Below, piece by piece: positions 12,848 through 27,077 of a stretch of DNA of 64,000 bases (position 1 is its first letter; each line of letters opens with the position of its first letter). The stretch is taken from the NCBI GenBank assembly GCA_951406725.2, contig OX597822.1, positions 43,834,001-43,898,000 of the forward strand, given 5' to 3'. Source of the stretch: Octopus vulgaris. Taxonomy: Eukaryota. The notes below the pieces were generated by a model. That model saw only the letters and a list, made by a program, of their open reading frames with translations, did not search any database and was not told the DNA's origin. The position numbers were made by a program, and so were the translations under genes.

Positions 12848-15008
12848 ATCCTTCTAAAAGCATGTAAGAGAGTCCTAGCAAGACAAATGCAGTTTCTCTT
12901 TCAGAGCTTCCTTGCAACTGGCAAATTTCCAAGAAAACTGAAGGAAGGTAAAATATGCCCTATTCATAAAGGATGTAGCAGAGCGGAGTCCAAGAACTAC
13001 GCAATGAAAAGTCCCGCCTGAAAATAAAACTGTTGGAAATTGAAAAATGTCTGCAACTCTCCCATGAAAAGAAAGAGCAGACGAAGAAGCCTGGGCTATA
13101 GATAACATAAAATCTAACCGCAGAGCTTTCTACAGGTATGCCAAAGAAACAGCTACGGTGCACTGTAGGATAGGGCCACTCCTTGAAAAGGATGGCACAC
13201 TCACAGGAAATCCAATGAGGATAAGTGAAATCCAATGAGGATAAGTGAAATTCAAGAGTATTTTCACTCCACCCCTAGGGCATTTTCAAGTCAGCAATCC
13301 AACTGATTTCTTTACCACTGCAGATATAAAATCAGAGGCAGCGATGATTGATTACATCAATATAAAGGAAGACGATGTAATAAAGGCTATAGATGAAATG
13401 AAAACAAACTCAGCTACTGGCTCTGATGGATTCCCAGCAATCCTTCTAAAAGTATGTAAGAGAATCCTAGCAAGACCACTGCAGTTCCTCTTTCAGAGCT
13501 TCCTTGAACTGGCAAACTTCCAAGAAAACTGAAGGAAGGTAAAATATGCCCTATTCATAAAGGAGGTAGCAGAGCGGAGGCCAAGAACTACAGACCTATC
13601 TCTCTGACCTCACACATCAGCAAGCTCATGGAACGAATAGTCAGAAGGAAACTAATCACCTTCCTTGAAGAAAATGACTTGCTACCTGACACCCAACATG
13701 GTCTCCGACCAGGAAGAAGCTGCTTAACTCAGCTCCTACAACACTATGACTGGGTGCTGAAACGACTGCTCAACCACTCAAATGTGGAAGTCATATATCT
13801 CGACTTTGCAAAGGCTTTTGATAAAGTCGATCATGGAATGATATGTCACAAACTGCGTGATCTTGGCATAGTTGGAAAATTGGGAGAATGGCTTCATGAC
13901 TTTCTGAAGGATAGAAGTCAGGTGGTAGTAGCCATTAACACGCAAATAGTGAGCGGTGTTCCGCAAGGCACTGTTTTGGGACCACTAATGTTCATAATGG
14001 CCCTCTCAGACATGCCCTCAGCCACGCAGAAAGCCAAGATCACAAGTTATGCAGATGATACAAAAGTTTCACAGGCAATACAGAACCCTGGAGACACTAA
14101 GCACCTGCAATGTGAGCTGGACAAAATATACAAGTGGGCTGAAAAGAATAGCATGCAATTCAATGCTGAAAAGTTTCAAGCTTTATGCTATCAGCATGAA
14201 AAACTAAATGCAATACCCAATAAATACACTGGACCTAGAGGGATTGCAATCCCAGAGGCACAATCAGTGCGAGATCTGGGTATTTACATGAGTGATGATG
14301 CAACCTTTCATGTGCATGAAATTGGACTCTTAGAACCTTTAGAACAAGAGACCAGGAGACCATGATGGTCCTCTGGAGGACACTTGTCCTAAGCCACTTT
14401 GACTATTGCTCTCAGCTATAGTCACCATCCAGTGTCAAGTTAATCACGGAACTTGAGGCGATCCAACGAAGCTACACGAAGAAGATAGCCTCTGTGCAGC
14501 ATATAAGCTACTGGGAAAGACTCAAAAGATTAAGACTCTATTCCTTAGAGCGTAGGCGAGAGAGATATGCCGTAATATACATATGGAAGATCCTAGAAGG
14601 ACTTGTCCCAAACTTTGGCATCGGGAGTTACACAAATGCCAGAACTGGGCGCCACTGCATAGTACCAAGGACTCCAAATTTGCCATCAAGATGTAGAACA
14701 AGATACTGTGATAGCCTGGGCCTCAGAGGCCCACAGCTCTTTCTTCAATATCCTCCCGAAGAACCTAAGAGACCTGCATGGGGTGGATGCAGATGTCTTT
14801 AAAATAAAACTGGATCTCTTCCTGTCAGGTGTCCCAGATGAACCAACTTCACGGCAGGAGGTTCAGATGAGGGCAGCTGCATCGAACTCTCTCATGCACC
14901 AAATGGCAATTGATAAAAAACATTCGTGAAGTAAAATCATGTAGCAACACCAAATGGCGGTGCCCCAGCATGGCCACAGCTCTTGAGCTGAAACTAGATA
15001 AAATAAAA
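12848..15008 (+). mobile_element. 5'-truncated, frameshifted CR1/L2-group LINE
   Basis: ORF 13628-14365: QHGLRPGRSC, YLDFAKAFDKVDH, SGVPQGTVLGP, YADD. ORF 14494-14802: LYSLERRRERY. 3' tail CCAGCATGGCCACAGCTC..GAGCTGAAACTAGATAAAATAAAA. Confidence 0.92.
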
Positions 15009-15029
15009 TTCTAATACATATATTAAGAA

Positions 15030-15625
15030 TGAGATAATAAAAAAACAAGGCTGTGAAGATTTTAGAACATTTATAAATATGTCTTCGCGGTATATTTATT
15101 ATATCCCTTCATCGGAGACGGTGTGAGAACATTGTTAATTTAGATAAGATACGAAATAGAGAGTGAATTGGAGGAATCAAAACAGATGTGAAATACGCAG
15201 GGATATTGCATTCGTAGATCCATTATTTAGGCCTAATGGTATACGTATAAGATTCCAATACCTTGCGAGTAAAATCCAATAGTATTGGAATGACCAATTT
15301 TAAATACTATTGGATTTTACTAACAAGGTATTGGAATCATATTGATTGATTGATTCTAGTTTCAGCTCACGAGCTGTGGCCATGCTGTGGCCATGTATAC
15401 CAGTATGCCTAAATAATGGATCTACGAATACAATATCCTTGCATATCTGACATCTATTTTGATTCCTCCACTACAGTCTCTATTTTGTATCTTATCTAAA
15501 TAAACTATTGCTTAACCATTCTCTCCCACGTCACCGATGAAGGGATATAATAAATATCCTGGAAACAGATGTAAGGCTTTCTATTTATGGTCTATAATCT
15601 TCACAGCATTCTGAAAAATAAATTA
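15030..15625. mobile_element. Family C HHR repeat as an inverted pair (minus arm ~15030-15300, plus arm ~15395-15625)
   Basis: Arms are diverged reverse complements; motif CCGATGA-A-GGGATAT aataa ATATCCT-GGAAACAGATGTA at 15531-15576; third copy at 56543-56845. Confidence 0.7.
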
Positions 15626-15770
15626 TATATAAACATGCTGATACATGACGTACGTTTGACTCATTCGCATAATCACCGAACCTGGAGATTAAATATGGTC
15701 TGTCCATAGAACTTACTCATCATTACCTGACACCTTTGGATATTAATGACACCATTACTTCTCATAACCT

Positions 15771-15870
<100 letters not shown>

Positions 15871-15894
15871 CATATATGCATATATACATACATA

Positions 15895-16230
15895 CACAGA
15901 AAATTCAACAACAAAAGTACACCATCTGGTGAGAGATAAGTATTATTTATTTAAAGGTCACAATACATGTATTGAAAGTTTCATATATTGGGAAAATAAA
16001 CATGCTGTGCACCAGCATGGCCACAGCTCGTGAGCTGAAACTAGATGAAATAAAAAGAAATAAAAATATATATTCTTCAGGTATAATCTATATATCATAA
16101 CGAACTATTATTCAATTTCTTTAGTTCGTTATGATATGTGGTTTGCGCCTGAAGAATGTTTGAGACTTCTCACCATATTAAACTATTAGTAGCGCTTTAA
16201 TACATGAATTGTGACCTTTTAATAAATAAT
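15895..16230. mobile_element. Fold-back HHR repeat, family K (motif 16145-16195 +), with a LINE-tail fragment inserted
   Basis: GCGC-CTGAAGA-ATG..TGAG actt CTCA..CATAT-TAAA-CTATTAG-TA-GCGC (G12 mutated); inverted matches 15940-15973/16198-16230 and 16072-16109/16123-16157. Confidence 0.6.
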
Positions 16231-16236
16231 ATATAT

Positions 16237-16268
<32 letters not shown>

Positions 16269-16431
16269 CATGTATATATACATACATATATATGTATGTA
16301 TATATGTACACATATACACGTGTATATATAATTCGAGCCTAAACGAGTTAGCTTTCTGCGAAACTTTAAGTGGCTTGGAGCTGAATCAAAATATTTTGAA
16401 TAATATGTGCCTGTCTAGAGACAATTCTCCC

Positions 16432-17085
<654 letters not shown>

Positions 17086-18169
17086 CATACAGACAGACGA
17101 ACAGACATACAAGCCCACACACACATACGCATATGTATACACTCTGGAAAGGTAAAACGTACTAATTATATAAATACCACCTGTAAGCAGTGGCTTAAAC
17201 ATTAATTATGAATTTTCTTTCCCCGCCTTGTCAGCCGTCTTCTCTTAGTCGTCGTTGTTGTTCTTGCTGCAGCTGCTGCTGCTGCTGCTGTTGTTGTTGG
17301 TGGTGGTGGTCTTCTTCTTCTTCTTCTTCTTCTTCTTCTTCTTCTTCTTCTTCTTCTTCTTCCAACGTCTGTTAACCCTTACGTCTCATTCCAACATTCA
17401 ACGTTTTCTCTAGTCCTCTTCCTTTGCCTCAACAGAACCGAAGACAGCAGAAAAAACTGTTTTGGCCTCTAAATAGAATATATATATTTTTTTTTTTCTG
17501 AGACGTCTAATTTCTTGCCACAAAAATATAAAACACCATTTTTCGTATTCGTTTCCTTCTCCTAAAATAATTTATAATTCATGTCTAAACACCTACTTAT
17601 GATATCTATAATACATATTTTTGTTATCGTTTTTCAAACTATTATATATTTTATTTTCTACTGTCGTTATCAGTAACATCTATTTTTGGGCCTCGCCAAT
17701 TTTTCACTTGCAAATAATACATTCTTAACGACTCATGGAATATTAGTTCCAAATAGCATTCTGTTAAACAATGTAGAAGATTCCAAGCCGAATCGCTGGA
17801 TCGCTGAAAGGACAGCATGGCCAAGCCGCAGTAGTATCAAGGGATTTAGCCGATTAACCGACCAATCAACGTTAAGCTATCTAGGAGTTTCTCAGTGAGC
17901 TCTGTATAAACGTGGTTTTGTGTTTAATCCCAGAATGTTGAGACAACCGCTGAATGTCTCCATTCTCATTTCATCACCAACCGTTGGAAGATAGAAAGCA
18001 GAGATGTCATCGACATAAATATAGAGCGATTATTTTCCAGTTGCGATGAACCAGCCGCAATGGCTGTACCAGCTCAATTGTCATAGATCTCAGGAGCAAG
18101 TCCCTCCCGGTGTGTAACTGTTGCTGTTAGTACAACTGTTAAAAGACCATCACAGAATATACTACAGAA

Positions 18170-18397
18170 GGCGGCGAACTGGCAGAAACGTTAGCACGCC
18201 GGGCGAAATGCTTGGCAGTATTTCGTCTGCCGTTACGTTCTGAGTTCAAATTGCGCCGAGGTCGACTTTGCCTTTCATCCATTCGGGGTTGATAAATTAA
18301 GTACCAATTACGCACTGGGGTCGATGTAATCGACTTAATCCCTTTGTCAGTCCTTATTTGTTTCCTATATCTTTAGCCCCTTGTGGGCAATAAAGAA
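18170..18397 (+). mobile_element. SINE with Nin/Deu-like domain, full length
   Basis: Close copy of 4078-4306. Confidence 0.85.
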
Positions 18398-19857
18398 TTA
18401 AGAATATACTATAGAATACATTATCTTCAGTAAATAAAGCTTCCGTTGATTGTTTGTGAGTGTTGTTCATTTCCTGTACACGTATTCCTAGAAATACACT
18501 TTCAGTCACCAGCAGCTACCACGACTACCACAAGGTTGGAGACAACATGACACGATATAAAACAACAACACACTAAAAGCGGATATACGTTGAAAGCCTT
18601 CTAAATTACGGTATTCGACCCAAGAAAACGTCTATTATAGAAGTGTAGTGTTAAAAAACTCAGAAATATACCAGCATCTGCGGTGGCCCGTCAAACAACG
18701 GTGATACTATCCTTCAGTACGTAATTTTCCTTCTTTGAGCTTCGTCATCATAGTGCATTTTCACCATCAACATTTGGATATTACCGTCACGCGTCCTAGA
18801 ACCACGGGGCTCTTTACCCAGTTTCAACGGCGTACAAATGACTGATATCACAGCATTCCTGCCCACCACCACTGAACAGATTGTCAGTCTGTCGCATAGT
18901 TATTCATTTAGAGCTGAATGGATTGACGTAACGAGAAACAGAGTGCTTTTCTCAAGAAACCAATGCATCGAGAATGGAAACCATGATCTCATGATGTTGG
19001 GTGCAAGCAACGAACCACAAAGCCACGCTCCATCATAATCATCATCAGAGATCGTTAATTTCATATTTCAACGTTGATAATCGGAATTGCATATTAGAAG
19101 TATGGACAGGTGTGGCAAGTAGCTTGCTAACAGGTTGCTTCTACGCATGTGCAAGTCAATGTGGTGCTGGACACCGTAGATGTAAGACGTGTTTTTGAAA
19201 GCCGTCTTAAATTGAAGACTTTTGAATACTCAGCCGTAAGGTAAGAATTTGGGGGGTCTAGTGGGGACCTGTTGTATGTTGCAAATTATTTTTACAAGCA
19301 AGAAGTCCTCACTAGACTCTGGTCTACCTGAGGCTGAGTGAAAATATTCACTTAATTGTGAAAATTATTGGTTTGGTGGGCGTATCCTGCCAAACTTTCG
19401 TTTGAAAATAGTGTTAAATTTTGGCCGTAACGGTGAATTGAGAATTCTTCTTGTGGGCGTATCTCGCAAGAAAATTATAAGAATAAGCCACTTTTGGATT
19501 ACCTTTTGGACCAATTTTTGTGTCAAGTTGTGTTCCAGTTGCGACGTTCCAGGTTCAACTCAGGCCGGGAGTACCGTAAGGCCAGAAGATTTTTGCTGTG
19601 TTTTAATGTTTATTGGCTTTCTTTTGAACTTTAGCTTTCTTTTGAACAGGTAGCTGTGGAGGCCGTGGCGTTCGACGTGACGCTTGGGCTGATGGAGCTC
19701 AATGAGGATTATAGCTTGGTCCCGGGCGACGCTAACACGGAACTCGATTACATTCTGAGGGAGGCGTGGTGGATGGCGGAGGGTGCGGGCACAAGTTATT
19801 TTTGTATTTTTGTTTATTGCGACTTTCCGTTGATTTCTTCCCTTCTGTTGTGCTTTC

Positions 19858-20222
19858 GGATCTTTTCTTTTTGAAAGCCAGATTTTCCTAGTTAACTAAA
19901 CAATTTGAAACTTCGTATACTGGTAGAATGTGTCAAAAGAAAACATAATTGTAAACCAAAATGAAAACGGAATTGTAATTTCTAAGTTTAACGTTGTTTA
20001 AAAATTCGAATTTTAACCAATGATATTCTTTCTTTCGGCTTCATATTATTTACTGCTTCTCAAAATATTGTTACTGTGACGTAAACAGCTATTTTGTGAC
20101 GTAGTTAACGTAAACATGTAAATAGCTAAAATGTAAACATCTCCGCTTATCGTAAACTTCGTGGAATATATATAAAATTTGTGTAGGTCCTAAATAGCTA
20201 CACACACATGTATACAAACATA

Positions 20223-20259
<37 letters not shown>

Positions 20260-20933
20260 CTATACACATATATTCTAATGCATATGCATATATGTGTATA
20301 TATTTATAAAGTGTGTGTATTATAGATGCATACATTATATATATATAAAAGATGTTTACATACAATATATATATGTTATATACATCTACATGTATATGTA
20401 TGTATAAATATATAAGTACCACAGAATTTGAATCAAACTGTTTTGATCCATACATACACACACACACACACACCAACACTACCATCCATGAGAGATTCTA
20501 ACATAATCAATGCTACTACTACTATCATCATCATTATCATCATCATCCACTGCCGCCAACACCACCACCACCACCTCTACAAAAACACCAACACTATAAT
20601 TGCTGCCATCATACACATCCACTGTCACCACTACCACCATTGCCATGATAACCACATCTACCACAGCTGTTTGCTTACTGCTTACCCACTCACAAAATAG
20701 CTATCTACGTCACATTAACGTATGCAGCTAATAATTTCAAATGAAAACAGACAATACGATTGGTTAAAATTCGCAGATTTAAACTACGTTTAAACTTATA
20801 CAATACATTTTTGTCAAAAAAACTAGTTGAAATTATTGTTTTCTTTTGACACATTCTACCAGTATACGAAGTTTCAAATTATTTAGTTAACTAGAAAAAT
20901 CTGAAAAATCTAGCTTTCAAAAAGATAAGATCC
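19858..20933. mobile_element. Non-autonomous DNA transposon (MITE), Merlin-like
   Basis: TIRs of at least 90 bp starting GGATCTT and ending AAGATCC; exact 8-bp TSD GTGCTTTC at 19850-19857 and 20934-20941; no coding capacity. Confidence 0.8.
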
Positions 20934-21202
20934 GTGCTTTCTCCTTTTTGTTTTTTCAAAAAATCTATCGAATTTTATTTGGACTTTTGAACTTTTTTCT
21001 TCTCGCTTTTTAAGCTTATTTTGAATATATTTAAAAAAAAAACATGGCAATGAAAAATGACAAAATTTGGAATGGGAGATTATACCGCCTAAAAAGTGGT
21101 TAAAATGTTATGAAATAAAGTACCTTGCTTCCCAACCACATGGGTCGGGGTTCAGCCCCGCTGCATGGCACCTTGGGCAAGTGTCTTCTACTATAGCCTC
21201 GG

Positions 21203-22560
21203 GTGACACTTGGGTGGTGGTGGGGGTGACCCTCAAGAATCACCGGGTACCTGCAACCAGCCATAGTCAAATAGTCCGGAAAGACTAAATTATTTGCTGA
21301 TTGGTTCCACAGGGTCAAAACCACTTTTGACCCGACCGAATCAGCCACCAGTAACAGCTTTATACTGAGGAGCTTGTCGCTGCTGCCTCTCAGACCCCGC
21401 CGTATAGTGTCCTCTCTCTATCCTGGTTCTATACTGGGTGGCAGCCCACAGACCCAAGCCCTCGTCAATTTTCTCCCACAATACTTGGAAAGAAATAAAA
21501 TTTTATTGCCCTCAAGGGGCTGGCTCGCAAAAATACGAGCCTCCTCCGGAGTGTCAAATAGCAACCAAATCGTTGCATATCCGACACCCCGGGCAATAAA
21601 CTTCAGAGTTGGGAGATAGTCTGCTAATTCCTTTTCAATTTCCTGCGTGGAGAAGACGGCAATGGATTCGAGAACTTTCGAATACATTCTCAACACCACC
21701 GTCTTCCCCTCTTGCTGTTTAAGCCACTCTTTGGGTGGGATAATCTCCCACTCCAAAGCGGTGCGTTTCTTGTTGTTCTTGTTGTCCGTCTTGTAAGAAA
21801 AAAACAAAAAAGATACACGACGAACACACTTTTCCGGCCACAGGTACTCCTGGCCCAAACTGGAACTTGGTAGCAACAGCAAAACCATGTACTCCGAAGC
21901 AGGAACTACAGCAAACCAGGGGCTCCAGTGCAGGAATTTCAGCAGACCAGGTACAGAAACACTATTTTGGTGGGTAGATATGCCTACCTGAGCAAACCAA
22001 AAAAAATTTAACTCACTAAAATGTGAGTACAACTAGACAGGCAGAAAAAAATGTCCAGAATTCAGCAGGGATTTGATAAAAATAACACAACAAATCCCTT
22101 CCGAACTCAAAAAACAAAAAGTCCTACCTGTAGCAAGTCTCCTTTTTTCCCCTCTTATTCACGCAGTTCAAAGCGACTTCACAACTGAAAATTGGGAGCA
22201 ACAACAAAACCAAGCACTCTGAAGTAAGAACTACAGCAAACTATGTACTCCAAGGCAAGAATTACAGCACAGGAATAATATTTTGGTTGCGAGATACGCC
22301 CACCAAAACACACAAACTTTTTGTTGGCAAGATACGCCCACCAAAAACAATTTTAACTCACTAAAAAGTGAGTACAATTAGACTCACCACAGGCAAACAA
22401 AAAATGTTTAGATTTCAGCAGGTATCTATTAAAAATAACACAACAATAAAACTAACAATAAAACCCCACCGAACTAAAAAAAAAAAAGTCTTACCTGTAG
22501 ACAGTCTCCTTTATTTCTCTTATTCACGCAGCTCAAAGCGACGTGACGTTCACAGTAGCA
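21203..22560 (-). mobile_element. Probable L1/Tx1-like LINE 5' region (repeated 5'UTR units plus ORF1 start)
   Basis: ORF 21418-22032 has an ORF1/RRM-like tract (LEWEIIPPKEWLK..LLFDTPEEA..TRAWVCGLPPSI); direct repeats ~22005-22176 / 22349-22541; the same LEWEIIPP motif on + at 21067. Confidence 0.55.
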
Positions 22561-22816
22561 GTAGCCGACGACTGACGGCACATGTTTCGAGAGTAAACGA
22601 GCTGCTTTTATTCATTAAATTTGCCATGTAGGCAGCACATAGATAAGTTAGCTTTGCGGGCTGGACGTAGACATTAATGAGGCGAATAATTATGATACAA
22701 AAATGATAAAGATGGGAGAAGATAGAAAGCGCCCGCCGACCCCCTGCTTCTCTAAAACATTGTTCTTTAAAAACGCATATACAGAGGTATTAACTATCTA
22801 TCTATCTATCTGTCTG

Positions 22817-22888
<72 letters not shown>

Positions 22889-23229
22889 ACTGTCTACAAA
22901 CATGTACTCTGCCAGGGTACAATAATTTAAAGCGGAAAGCATGGCTGCATAGCTACGTATTTCACTTTCTAACTAAGTATTCACGTGTTCAGTTCTGCAC
23001 AGCAGCATCTTTGACTAGTCGGATTGTAACAGAAGGCCCTATGACTGGTATAAACCCATATGAATGTTCGTCAGTGTGTGTATGTGTGTGCGTGTGTGTG
23101 TATGTCACCCTATCTTTGTGTCTTGAATTGTGTGAATCACCTTAACATAGCTGTTCAAAAAAGAGGTAGGATTATATTAGAACTCGACTTTAAAAAAATT
23201 CTGAGGCTAAGATGTATATGCGGTATACA

Positions 23230-23334
<105 letters not shown>

Positions 23335-23499
23335 ATGTGTATATATATATATGTATATATACAACAATAAGAAAATGGAGGGGATGAGAGGTGGTATTCA
23401 TCAACTTTTAAGCATTATATTATGCCTATTTATTTATTTAAAAAAAAAAACAATTATAACAATATACAACATGTATAAAATATTATGCATTAGGATTCC

Positions 23500-24818
23500 G
23501 TAATGGGAGAGATTGCCTGACGCAGCTACTGCATCATTTTGATGACATTTTGAGAGCCTTGGGAGAGGGTTCCAACACTGATGTCATCTACCTTGATTTC
23601 AGCAAGGCCTTTGACAGAGTTGATCATAAGATCCTTCTGAGAAAGCTGTCCAATATTGGTGTCACTGGAAAGCTGCTGCAGTGGATCAAGTGCTTCCTGC
23701 CTAACAGAACCCAACATGTTGTAGTCGAAGGAGTCAAATCCAGCCCAGCCAATGTCAGCAGTGGTGTCCCACAAGGCACTGTGTTGGGCCCACTTCTCTT
23801 CATCATCTACATAAATGATATTACTGACACCATCAAACACAGTAACATCAGAACCTTCGCTGATGATTCCAAGCTCCAGAAGGTCATCAATGGCGTGGAT
23901 GACCGAATAAGCCTTCAGTCAGACCTACTGGCTGTTGTCCAATGGGCGGAAAAGAATAACATGCTGCTAAACGAAGACAAATTCGAACTGATCCACTTTG
24001 GAAGGGAGGACGCTCTGAAACTCCCATACTCCCTTCCTTCTGGAGAAATTCTCATGGCATCCAACAACATCAGAGACTTGGGAGTAACAGTGGACAACAA
24101 CATAAGCTGGGCTACACATATAAGCAGCAAAGTTGACATGGCCCGCAGAATGTGTTCCTGGATTCTCAGAACCTTCCAGTCGAGAGATTCCCACATTATT
24201 ATCCTTCTGTTCTCCACTTTTGCCCGACCCCACCTTGTATACTGCTGTCCACTGTGGTCTCCCTACACAAAACAAAATATTATGAGAATTGAAGCTCCCC
24301 AAAGGTCAATCACAAAAAAGTTAGATGGCATGTCAGACCTTGACTACTGGGGTAGACTAGAGGAGCTGAAACTGTATTCACTCCAACGACGCCGTGAACG
24401 CTACATTATCTGTATGATTCCATCAGCACTGTCCGAATGATGTTGGCATCACCTTCAAAATACATCCAAGGCTTGGACCACGTGCCATCCGTCCACAACA
24501 AAAATCTAAATCGCACCACATAACGACAATACGGCACAACTATTTCACCTCAATTGGACCCGCTCTCTTCAACATTACAACAGAACACGTCAAAAAAGAA
24601 ACTGACCACACAAAATTCAAGAAGTCTTTGGACAAATTCCTTCAAACAGTCCCGGACAAACCACCCACACCCGGATATGTCTCCGCAAACAATAACTCTC
24701 TGCTCGAATGGGCCTTGGTACCCAAATCCTGAATTGAAAGACTTCGCCAGGTGGTGCTATTAAGTTAGACATGGCCTGGGCCAATACTGGCCAAAACCTT
24801 TCTAAGTTATTCTAAGTT
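23500..24818 (+). mobile_element. 5'-truncated CR1/L2-group LINE (second subfamily)
   Basis: ORF 23550-24440: YLDFSKAFDRVDH, SGVPQGTVLGPLLF, FADD, LYSLQRRRERY; tail ends in repeated TCTAAGTTAT. Confidence 0.92.
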
Positions 24819-25082
24819 ATATATAAAACATATATATATAAAACATAAAAATACCACTAATTAATAAAAAATATAACGTAGAGCATAGAAAGTAGAGCTG
24901 TACGTTATATATTTTAATAATTACTGGTAGTTTTATATTTTATATATTACATATGAAAATGAATATATAGTACATGTATGTATATTGTTATAATTGTTGT
25001 CTTAAATAAATAAATAAATAAATAGACATAATATAATGTCTAAAAGTTGATGAATACCACCTCTTGATCCCCTCCATTTACT

Positions 25083-25126
<44 letters not shown>

Positions 25127-26238
25127 AATACATGCTAGGCCACTGGCTGTGATATTTATAACGAGTATTCGCCACCTTATATATATATAATATATCTATA
25201 TATATATATTTATATATAAATAGTATATATATGTATGTGTGTGTATGTGCGTTTGTGCTTATGTGCGTCTATATATCTATCTTTCCATATGTATTTATGT
25301 ATATGTGTGTGTGTGTGTGTGTGCATGTATGTATACGTGTTTCCAAATGTTTGTATATGTTTTGTGTATGTCTGTGTAGAGAAGAAGAGGTGAACAAGAA
25401 AGAAATTTAATATCAACCACGGTTGAATAAACATCTATAATATTAATACTAATAAAAACAAACTGAAACAAAAGTATAATTTAAAAGATCTACTCCAGAG
25501 TAGACAGTTGTTAATAGTTGAATGTCTTGCATAAGAAGGCGACATTTTAAACCGGAGAATCTCTTATCAAGTACGTAGAGTCACCGCCACTTCCGGCATT
25601 TCGATGAGATTTTGAATGACGTCTTTCGATTCAGTTCAGAGACGAATGATCCTCCTGTCAGTCAGCAGATTGATATTTTATCGATTCTGCAAACCGTTGC
25701 GGCACTTTGGCAGAAGATCACGAACCTAGTTCTAGCTTTCATTCAAGTAGATATCTTAACAAGATCAGGAGACAAAGATCTTTTGTTAAATATTCGGACA
25801 ACCTCGAAAGCAGAAAATTATTGACAACAATGAAATCGGTTACTTAAATCTATTTATATACTTACCGCCGCCACGTCTTACAAGCTTCGACACACAAGCG
25901 CCACTTTCCAATCTGAAGGTGCTATTCACGATGGAATTGCAACGGGGAAATTTCTCTGTCTCAAAAACTCCCTTTCTTGCTCTTTCGTAAAGTGTGTGTG
26001 TGCATGTGTATGCGTGTGCATTTATGTGTGTGTTATGCATGTGGGTATACACACACATATACACACACATATATACATATATATATATATATGTATGCAT
26101 ATATTTACGTATATACGTGTGTATATACATATACATATATGCATATATTTATATATATACGTGTGTATATATATTTATATAGATGTAAGTCTTTCTCTCT
26201 CCCTCTCTCACTCTCTCCATATATGTATATGTTTGTAC

Positions 26239-26319
<81 letters not shown>

Positions 26320-26418
26320 CGTGTGTTTGTGTATGTGTATATACGTAGTAGAAATCGTCTGAACACTTGTAGATGTTCGACTGCTACTGTTATATTTAGC
26401 ATTAGCATAACCGCACTC

Positions 26419-26492
<74 letters not shown>

Positions 26493-26704
26493 AATATAAA
26501 TGTATGTGTTGTTTTTCAATGTGTACAAATAATAGTGAAAAAATAAATTAATAGTTACCAGGGTAGCAAAAAAATTACATAAGTACCAAGGACGTGATAG
26601 CCTACTTATAAAGGTAGAAATTCTAGGGTTTAGTGAAATGTTTTTGCTTGACATAGATAAATCGAGAAATGGAGTTAAAAGCAGGGGTTGTTCAAATCTT
26701 TATA

Positions 26705-26792
26705 CTTCCAACATATGTTTCGAAGAAAACATTGGTATTATTCCAGAGGAAATAAAATGATGTAAAACAATGTGATCTTCTCATTAGGGAAA
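26705..26792 (-). ncRNA. HHR-like motif with long helix II and G5A substitution (family E)
   Basis: Minus strand TTCC-CTAATGA-GAAGA..CATTG..CAATG..TCTTC-GAAA-CATATG-TT-GGAA. Confidence 0.6.
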
Positions 26793-26967
26793 AGCAGGGA
26801 AACATAACACATCAAGAAACCATCTTAACCGAATATGATAACTGCGTGTATGATGAAGGGAACACTGGGAAGTTATTTTAAAAAACAAAGAAGCATTAAC
26901 AGATTTGATGTCATATGCAATTTAGAGAAACAAATTAGCAGAAAACCAACTAATAACGAATGTACAG

Positions 26968-27026
<59 letters not shown>

Positions 27027-27027
27027 T

Positions 27028-27077
<50 letters not shown>

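Noticed and set aside
17640-18160. Unique-looking sequence as a host exon
   Set aside because: Only short ORFs with no recognisable domain or splice context; cannot be supported without RNA-seq or homology.
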